Shown here: one piece after another, positions 10,629 to 17,916 of the stretch
Layout: each line of letters opens with the position of its first letter
Position numbering within the stretch: the first letter of the stretch is position 1
Source of the DNA: an uncultured Gemmatimonadales bacterium
GTDB lineage: Bacteria > Gemmatimonadota > Gemmatimonadetes > Gemmatimonadales > GWC2-71-9
DNA length: 64,000 bases
Reading direction: 5' to 3'
Assembly: GCA_963844035.1 (NCBI GenBank)
Contig: CAWJMT010000001.1
Span: forward strand, 32,001-96,000
Made by a program: the position numbers and the translations under genes
Notes under the pieces: model-generated
What the model saw: only the letters and a program-made list of their open reading frames with translations
The model's database searches: none
Told to the model about the DNA's origin: nothing

Positions 10629-13600
10629 CTGTACGCCGAACTCCACTGCCACTCGGCATTCTCGTTTCTCGATGGCGCCTCACTGCCCGAGCAGCTCGCG
10701 CTCACGGCCGCGAACCTAGGGGTTGCGAGCGTCGCCCTCACCGACCACAACGGCGTGTACGGCTCGATGGCGTTCGCTCAGGAAGCGAAGCAGCTCGGTA
10801 TCCAGGCGATCACCGGCGCCGAGGTGACGCTGCTCGACGGCTCGCACGTCACGTTGCTCGCGGAGACGCCACGCGGGTACGCGAATCTCTGCCGGCTGCT
10901 CACCGAAGCCCATCTTGGCCGGGCCGACCGCCTCGATCCGCGGCTCGACTTCGCGTCGCTCGAAGCCCGCCACGAGGGGTTGATCATTCTCTCCGGCTGC
11001 CGCAACGGCCTTCTCCCCCGCACGCTCGAGCGCGACGGAATAGCTGCCGCGCGCCGGCTCGCCGAGCGCTGCCGCGCGGTGTTCGGTCCCGAGCAATTTT
11101 TTGTCGAGCTGCAACGAAATCTGGTGCGTGGGGATCGCGCGTTGACCCGCGCGCTGAGTGATCTCGCTTCTGACTTACGACTTAGCGTCGTAGCGTCTGG
11201 CAACGTCCACTACCACCAGCGCGACCGACACCGGCTGCACGACGTGTTGGTCGCGATCCGTCATCGCACCACGCTCGACGGCTCGCACGCCGTGCGGCGT
11301 CCCAACAGCGAGTTCTTCCTGCATCCGCCTGAAGATGTCGCTACGATGTTTGCTGACTGTCCCGATGCTGTCGCTAATACTTTGACCATCGCCGAGCGCT
11401 GTAAGCGCCTTCGACCTGACACGCGATCTCGGCTATCACTTCCCTGACTTCCGCGGCGCGGTCGATCGCACCGCCCCCCGGGCGCTCGCCGAGCTGTGCC
11501 GCGCGCGGCTCGATGAGCGCTACCCGGCGGACTCCGGTCACCGCGACGAAGCGGAGCGGCGGCTCGCGGAAGAGCTGCGGCTGATCGCGCATCACGGGTT
11601 GTGTGGGTTCTTCCTGGTCTACCACGACCTCTTCGATCTGGCGCGGGAAGTCGCCGCCGACGTGCGGCGCGGCTCGCGCCGCGCGGCGGGAGGGTTGCTC
11701 CCGGGCCGGGGACGCGGCTCGTCGGTATCGTCGATCGTCTGCTACCTGCTCGGCCTCTCGCACGTCGATCCCGTCGCTACGCGCCTCTTCTTCGGCCGCT
11801 TCCTGAACGAGTCGCTCGCGTCGGTGCCGGACATCGACCTCGATTTCCCCCGCGAGATCCGCGAAGAGCTGATCCGGCGCGTGTACAAACGCTACGGAGA
11901 CGAGCACGTCGGACTCGTGTGCTCGTTCCCGACCTATCGCCTGCGCTCGGCGGTCCGGGAGATCGGCAAGGCGCTGGATCTGCCCCTGGGAGAGATCGAG
12001 CAGGTGGCAAAACTGGCGGACAGGCGGTCTGGCGGTCTGGCGGATGAACTGGATCAGCTCCCGGGGTTCGCCGGCAGGAAAAACGCTCCCTGTGGAAGGA
12101 GTTGTGCGAGCTCGCCGAGGAGATCGCCGGATTGCCCCGTCACGTGTCGCAGCACGTCGGCGGAATGGTGATCTCGAGCCGGCCGCTCGTGGAGCTCGTG
12201 CCGCTCGAGCGCGCCGCGATGGAAGACCGTGTCGTCTGCCAGTGGGACAAAGATTCCTGCGACGATGCGCGCTTCATCAAGATCGACTTCCTGGCGCTCG
12301 GGATGCTGTCGCTGGTGGAGGAGTGCGTCGAGCGGATCGCGGTGCGGGAGGGCACGCCGCCCGATCTCTCGCGCATCGACTTCAACGATCGAGCGGTCTA
12401 CGACCGTATCTGCAAGGGCGACACGGTCGGGCTGTTCCAGATCGAGAGCCGTGCACAGATCCAGATGCTCCGCCGCAGCCGCCCGCGCAATCTCGAGGAC
12501 CTCGCGGTCGAAGTCGCAATCGTGCGGCCCGGGCCAATCGTCGGCGGAGCGGTGAACCCGTACGTGCGGCGCCGCGAGGAGCAGCGCCGCGCCGTAGCGG
12601 AGGGCCGACCCTACGAGCCGCCGCTGGACCATCCGCTGCTGAAGGACGCGTTGACCGAGACGCTCGGCGTGATCCTCTATCAGGATCAGGTGCTCCAGGT
12701 CTGCCAGGCGCTCGCCGGGTTCAGCTCCGGGCAGGCCGAGGCGTTGCGTCGCGCGATGAGTCGCCGGCGCAGCCGCGAGCTGATGGCGGGCTTCTGGGTC
12801 GAGTTCAGGGATGGCGCCGCCGCTCGCGGCGTCCCGGAGCCGGTTGCCGAGCGCGTGTTCACGCACGTCATCGCTTTCTCCGAGTTCGGCTTTCCCAAGT
12901 CGCACGCGGCAGCGTTCGGTCTCCTCGCCTATCAATCGGCGTGGCTGCGGCACTACCACCCCGCGGAGTACTACACGGCGCTCTTCAACAATCAGCCGAT
13001 GGGGTTCTACTCGCTGGATGCGCTGGGACGGGATGCCAAGCGGAACGGGATCACGATCCGTCTCCCCGACGTGAACGTGAGCGACATCTGGTGCTCAGTG
13101 GAAGCCGATGCGGTGCGGATCGGGCTCGGCTTCATCCGCGATTGGAGCGAAGCCACGGCCACGGCGGTCACCGCCGAGCGCGAGCGGAATGGTCCGTTCC
13201 GGAGCCTGGGCGACTTCGTTCGACGCGCGCCCCCGGAGCTCAAGCGCACGGCGATCGAGAACCTCGTGTGGGTCGGCGGGTGTGACGGATTTGGCCTCAC
13301 GCGGCGCGAGCTGCTCTGGCAGGTGGGCCTGTTCCTCCCTCCCAAGGCCGAGCACGGCGACGAGGCGCGCGGGCGGCGCCAGCTCGAGCTGCCGCTCGAT
13401 CATCCGCACGAGCACCTGCGCTTCGGAGGGTTGGAAGCAAACGAGCGGATGCTCGCCGAGTACGCCGTGCTCGGGTTTGCCGCGAGTGGCCACCCGCTTG
13501 CCCTGATGCGCCAGGCCCTGCCGCCGGACGTGGTGCAAAGCGACCGGCTTGCCGGCCTCGCCCACCGGTCACGGGTCGAGGTGGCAGGCCTCGTGGTCGC

Positions 13601-13937
13601 CCGTCAGCGGCCGGAGACGGCGAAAGGGGTCGTCTTCGTGCTGCTCGAGGACGAGGCGGGAATGGTCAACGTCATCGTACGACCGGAGGTCTACGAGCGC
13701 GATCGCGTCGCCGTGCGCGGGGAGCCGTTTCTCTGGATCTCGGGCAGGTTGGCGAAGGATGACGGAGCGCTGAACGTGCTGGCGGAGGAGGTGACGGGGG
13801 CTGCAATGCGGAATGCGGAAGTGGGACGGGGAATGGGTAAGCCACCTCAGGATTCCGCACTCCGCACTCCGAATTCCCCATTCTCGTTTCTCAAGACCAT
13901 GCGCTCCGTCGCGCCGGAATCGAAGGACTGGGGGTGA
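10629..13937 (+). CDS. dnaE2: Error-prone DNA polymerase III alpha subunit DnaE2 (start uncertain; indels near 10720, 11405 and 12080)
   Basis: PHP domain YAELHCHSAFSFLDGAS, TDHNG; GRGSSVSS; PDIDLDF; HVGGMV; KIDFLALGML; FPKSHAAAF; NNQPMGFY; OB-fold RQRPETAKGVVF. Confidence 0.95.
13804..13883. repeat. Second copy of the heptamer-repeat hairpin family, in frame in the dnaE2 3' end
   Basis: caatgcg gaatgcg gaa... gaatggg ... gattc cgcactc cgcactc cgaattc cccattc. Confidence 0.75.
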
Positions 13938-13979
13938 TCGAGGCTGGCGCGCGCGGCGGCCGGTGACAATGTTAGCGCC

Positions 13980-14954
13980 ATGCCGCGCTCCCTCACGCCG
14001 TTGGTGCGATGGGCCATTTCGCTCTCCCTTGCCGTCGCGTGCGGTCACTCGAAAGCACCCGAGCCCGCCCCCGTGGCGCCCGCGCAGCCCGCGCCGCCCC
14101 CGCCCGCGAAGATCGAGCTGCACGCCATGCGGGTGAATGGCACCGTGCTGTCCTACCGGCTCGCCGGCGACCAGGGGACGCCCGTCGTCTTCGTGCATGG
14201 CAGCTACGGCGACATGAACGACTGGAACACGCAGATCAACGCCTTCGCCCGCACGCACCGGGTGCTCGCGTACAGCCGGCGCTACCACCCGCCCAACCCG
14301 CCGCAGAACGACGGCCAGGTGTACTCCCCGCAGTTGCACGCCGACGACCTCGCGGCCCTGCTCGCGGTGCTCGGGCACAGTCCCGCGCACATCGTCGGCG
14401 CGGGCTACGGAGCCTACGTCGCGCTCGCCCTGGCCATCGAGCATCCCGAGCTGGTCCGCACCCTCGTGCTCGGAGAGCCGCCGGCGCTTCCGTTTCTCCT
14501 GCGCTCGCCCGCGGGCGACTCGCTACGGCGCGCCCTCATCGCCACCACCCTCGACCCGGCGCGCGCCGCATTCGCCCGCGGCGACTCGGTGGGCGCGCTC
14601 CGCCTGTTCGTGGACGGCATGGCCGACCGCCGGGGCTACTTTCGACAACCTCCCCCCGGCGATCCGCGCACGGCTCATCGCCCACTGCGTTCGAAATGCG
14701 GCGCGAGCTGCTCGCCGACCGCCAGCAATACCTGCCCGCACTCGAGTGCCCCGACCTCGAGACAACTGGCGATGCCGGTGCTGTTGCTCCAGGGAGAACG
14801 CAGCCCGCGGATGTTCCACGTGATCACGGCCGAGTTGGACCGCTGTCTCCAAAGCGACACCGTCATCACGATTCCGGGGGCCGGCCACGCCATCAACGAG
14901 TCGAATCCGGTCGTGTTCAATCAGACGGTGCTGCAGTATCTGGCGACGCATTAG
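13980..14954 (+). CDS. Alpha/beta-hydrolase-fold lipoprotein (compensating indels 14640-14760)
   Basis: Lipobox LAVAC; VVFVHGS; nucleophile elbow reads VGAGYG; C-terminal IPGAGH. Confidence 0.85.
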   Translation: MPRSLTPLVRWAISLSLAVACGHSKAPEPAPVAPAQPAPPPPAKIELHAMRVNGTVLSYRLAGDQGTPVVFVHGSYGDMNDWNTQINAFARTHRVLAYSRRYHPPNPPQNDGQVYSPQLHADDLAALLAVLGHSPAHIVGAGYGAYVALALAIEHPELVRTLVLGEPPALPFLLRSPAGDSLRRALIATTLDPARAAFARGDSVGALRLFVDGMADRRGYFRQPPPGDPRTAHRPLRSKCGASCSPTASNTCPHSSAPTSRQLAMPVLLLQGERSPRMFHVITAELDRCLQSDTVITIPGAGHAINESNPVVFNQTVLQYLATH

Positions 14955-14962
14955 CCCCCGTG

Positions 14963-15035
14963 CGCGGCTGAAGCCGCGGCTCGGCACCTACCGCTAAAGC
15001 GGTCGTCGCCCGTTCACGGGCAGGGCCGAGCCGCG
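14963..15035. repeat. Palindromic REP-like element / three-way junction between convergent genes
   Basis: CGCGGCTCGGC (14975-85) pairs with GCCGAGCCGCG (15025-35); internal hairpins ACCGC-TAAA-GCGGT and GCCCG-TTCA-CGGGC; overlapping CGCGGC-TGAA-GCCGCG. Confidence 0.65.
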
Positions 15036-15038
15036 AGT

Positions 15039-15950
15039 TCACTCGCGCTCGGGGCCACCCATCCGATCCTCCCATTCGTCGATTGACCGCGGCCAGTCGT
15101 CCTTGAGCAGCCGTGACAGCGACCGGTCGGCGAACACCTTCCCGCCCGTCTGGCACGTGGCGCAGTAGTTCATTTCGTTCTCCGCATAGCGAACCCGCTG
15201 CACCGGCGAGCCGCACACGGGACATGGCTTGCGGTAGCGGCCGTGTACGGCCATCCCCTCGTGGAACGCGGTAACCTTGTCCGGAAATCCCTTCCCTGCT
15301 TCGGCGCGTAGCCTCTCGATCCACGCGGTGAGCGTGGCCCGCGTGGCCCCGTGCAGCCGATCGAGCTCCGCGTCGCTGGCGGTGGCCGTGAGGGTGAAGG
15401 GGGACAGTTTCGCGGCGTGGAGGATCTCGTCCGAATAGGCGTTGCCGATTCCGGAGACGAGGCGTGGGTCGGTGAGGGCGCGTTTCAGCGTGTGGTTTTC
15501 GCGGCGCAACGCCGCGCGAAACGTGGCCGCGTCGACCTCCAGGACCTCCAGCCCGCCCCGTTCGTGCTCGGCCAAACCAGCCTCGCCACGCGCCACATAC
15601 AGGGCTGCTCGCCGGCGCGTCCCCGCCTCAGTGAACAGCAGCGTGCCGGTCGGAAAATCGAATGCCGCGAGCCCGATCCGGCCGGGGATCGCCGCCCGGG
15701 GACGTTTCCAGCGCAGCCTGCCCGCGATCATGAGGTGGATGACCAGGTAGAGATCGGACTCGAGCCCGATCACGATCCGTTTCCCGAGACGGCGTAGTCC
15801 CGTCACCTTCCGTCCCGCGGCGTCGGCCACTGGCGGATCCACGCTGCGCAGCACGAAGGGACTCCCGATGCGCACGGCCTCGAGCCGCTGACCCAGGACG
15901 TGTGACCGCAATGCGTCCAGGTAGACAACGATGTCGGGCAGCTCGGGCAT
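15039..15950 (-). CDS. Fpg/Nei-family DNA glycosylase
   Basis: N-terminal MPELPD, LGKR, HLMIAG, H2TH motif GIGNAYSDEIL, zinc finger CPVC...CATC. Confidence 0.93.
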   Translation of the reverse strand: MPELPDIVVYLDALRSHVLGQRLEAVRIGSPFVLRSVDPPVADAAGRKVTGLRRLGKRIVIGLESDLYLVIHLMIAGRLRWKRPRAAIPGRIGLAAFDFPTGTLLFTEAGTRRRAALYVARGEAGLAEHERGGLEVLEVDAATFRAALRRENHTLKRALTDPRLVSGIGNAYSDEILHAAKLSPFTLTATASDAELDRLHGATRATLTAWIERLRAEAGKGFPDKVTAFHEGMAVHGRYRKPCPVCGSPVQRVRYAENEMNYCATCQTGGKVFADRSLSRLLKDDWPRSIDEWEDRMGGPERE

Positions 15951-16067
15951 TCCGGAAACCTACCCCTTCACTCGGGTGTTACGACCCGTCAGCTTATCTC
16001 GTCCCACTGCTGGAACCCGAACCGGGGCGCGCGCCTTTAGAGGTACCAACAGCCCGGAGTGACCCCC

Positions 16068-16616
16068 ATGACTCAACATGAAGTAGCGACCCTCGCCGGC
16101 GGATGCTTCTGGTGCCTCGAGGCTGCCTTCTCCGAGCTACGGGGCGTGGAACGCGTTCAGTCGGGCTATGCGGGGGGTTCCGTCGCGAACCCGTCGTACG
16201 AAGCGGTCTGCACCGGCAAGACCGGACATGCCGAGGTCGTGCAAATCACCTTCGATCCGCAGCTGATCTCTTTCAGCGACCTATTGCACGTGTTCTTCAC
16301 GATCCACGATCCCACCACGCTGAACCAGCAGGGGGGCGACGTGGGCACGCAGTACCGCTCAGCGGTCTACTACCATTCGCCGGCCCAGAAGGCCGAGACC
16401 GAGCGGGTGATTCGGGAGCTCACAGCCGAGAAGGTGTGGGACGATCCGATCGTCACCGAGATCAAGCCACTGGAAACGTTCTATCCCGCGGAGGAGTACC
16501 ACCGCGACTACTATCGCCGCAATCCCAATCAGGGGTATTGCCGCGCCGTCATCGCACCCAAGGTCGCTAAGGTGCGCAAGGCGTACTTCGACCGACTGAA
16601 GCAACCGACGCCATGA
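16068..16616 (+). CDS. msrA: Peptide-methionine (S)-S-oxide reductase
   Basis: [29 protein letters not shown]. Confidence 0.97.
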   Translation: MTQHEVATLAGGCFWCLEAAFSELRGVERVQSGYAGGSVANPSYEAVCTGKTGHAEVVQITFDPQLISFSDLLHVFFTIHDPTTLNQQGGDVGTQYRSAVYYHSPAQKAETERVIRELTAEKVWDDPIVTEIKPLETFYPAEEYHRDYYRRNPNQGYCRAVIAPKVAKVRKAYFDRLKQPTP

Positions 16617-16620
16617 GCCC

Positions 16621-16799
16621 ATGGTCGAGCATGGACGAAACTCGACGCCGTGGTGTCCGGCCAATTCCGAATCACTCTGAATGGTCACGCGGTCGTGCTG
16701 GAAGCGGGAGACTGTATTGCGGTGCCGCGTGGTGCGCCCCACTCGGCCGCGGTCGTGGGTGACGAGGACGTCGTCAGCCTGGACGCGACTCGCGGCTGA
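16621..16799 (+). pseudogene. Truncated cupin-domain gene remnant
   Basis: KLDAVVSGQFRITLNGHAVVLEAGDCIAVPRGAPHSAAVVGDEDVVSLDATRG* (second cupin motif); first motif and an in-frame start are missing. Confidence 0.65.
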
Positions 16800-16838
16800 C
16801 CCGCGCGGGTTCCGAGGTAGGCTCCCGCCAGATCGGCA

Positions 16839-16906
16839 GTACCCCCTCTTTGGATGGATTGCGGCACCGCAGGGTGCCGCGGTTGCTTTCGCCAAAGGGG
16901 AGGTGT
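16839..16906 (+). promoter_or_regulatory. Long 5'-UTR hairpin that sequesters the desaturase SD
   Basis: CCCCCTCTTTGG (16842-53) pairs with CCAAAGGGGAGG (16892-903); apical stem GCGGCACC-GCAG-GGTGCCGC. Confidence 0.55.
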
Positions 16907-16908
16907 CG

Positions 16909-17916
16909 ATGGAAATGACTGTTCAGGAAATAGAGCGAAGAAACGCCGCCACGTGGCGGACCCGCCTGGCCCCGTACGTCGTACCAAATCTGAAGCGCAG
17001 CATCGTCGAGCTCGTGACCGGCACGGTTCTGTTCGCTGGCGCCTGGATCTTGATGTACGCCAGTCTTGCAGTGAGCTACTGGGTGACCCTGGCCCTGGCG
17101 GTGCCGACCGCGTTTCTGCTCATCCGGCTATTCATCATCCAGCACGACTGCGGGCACGGCTCGTTCTTCCGCTCGAGCCGCACGGCGGAGGTCGTTGGGT
17201 CGATCCTCGGGGTGTTTACCCTGACGCCGTATCACTTCTGGCGGAAATCCCACGCGATACATCACGCGACCAATGGGAACCTCGAGCGCCGCGGATTCGG
17301 CGACATCAAGACGCTGACCGTGGACGAGTACTCCGCGCTCTCACGCTGGCCGCGGTTCTGGTACCGCGTGTACCGCCACCCCGCCGTACTGTTCGGCATC
17401 GGGGCGGTGCTGCAGTTCTTCGTGATGTACCGTCTTCCCGGCACGGTCCCGAAGACCTGGACACGTGCGCGGCTCAGCATCCTGTGGACCGACGTCGGGC
17501 TGGCGGCTGTGATCGTACTCATGGGCAGTCTGATCGGCTTCCGGGCGCTCCTGCTCGTGCACCTGCCGGTGGCGCTCCTGTCCGCGACGATCGGCGTGTT
17601 CCTCTTTTACGTCCAGCACCAATTCGAGCCGACGTATTGGGAGAACAACGCAAACTGGGTGTACGACGACGCCGCGCTGCTCGGGAGCTCGTACTACCAA
17701 CTCCCGAAACTGTTGCAATGGGCCACCGGGAACATCGGCCTCCATCACATCCACCACCTCAACGCACTCATCCCGAACTACCGCCTGCAAGCCGCGATGG
17801 ACCGTTATCCTGAATTGCGACAGGTGGCAACGCTGACCATGAAAGAGAGCTTCCGGTGTGTGCGGCTGGTGTTGTGGGACGAGCGGGCGAAAAAGCTGGT
17901 GCCGTTTCCGCGTTAG
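16909..17916 (+). CDS. Membrane fatty acid desaturase
   Basis: Three His boxes HDCGH, HAIHH, HHIHH; YVQHQFE; SD GGGGAGG. Confidence 0.95.
   Translation: MEMTVQEIERRNAATWRTRLAPYVVPNLKRSIVELVTGTVLFAGAWILMYASLAVSYWVTLALAVPTAFLLIRLFIIQHDCGHGSFFRSSRTAEVVGSILGVFTLTPYHFWRKSHAIHHATNGNLERRGFGDIKTLTVDEYSALSRWPRFWYRVYRHPAVLFGIGAVLQFFVMYRLPGTVPKTWTRARLSILWTDVGLAAVIVLMGSLIGFRALLLVHLPVALLSATIGVFLFYVQHQFEPTYWENNANWVYDDAALLGSSYYQLPKLLQWATGNIGLHHIHHLNALIPNYRLQAAMDRYPELRQVATLTMKESFRCVRLVLWDERAKKLVPFPR

Noticed and set aside
15951..16067. Further copy of the SOS-like motif upstream of fpg/nei or msrA
   Set aside because: Only a single CCCGAA half-site (about 16016-16021); no properly spaced repeat.
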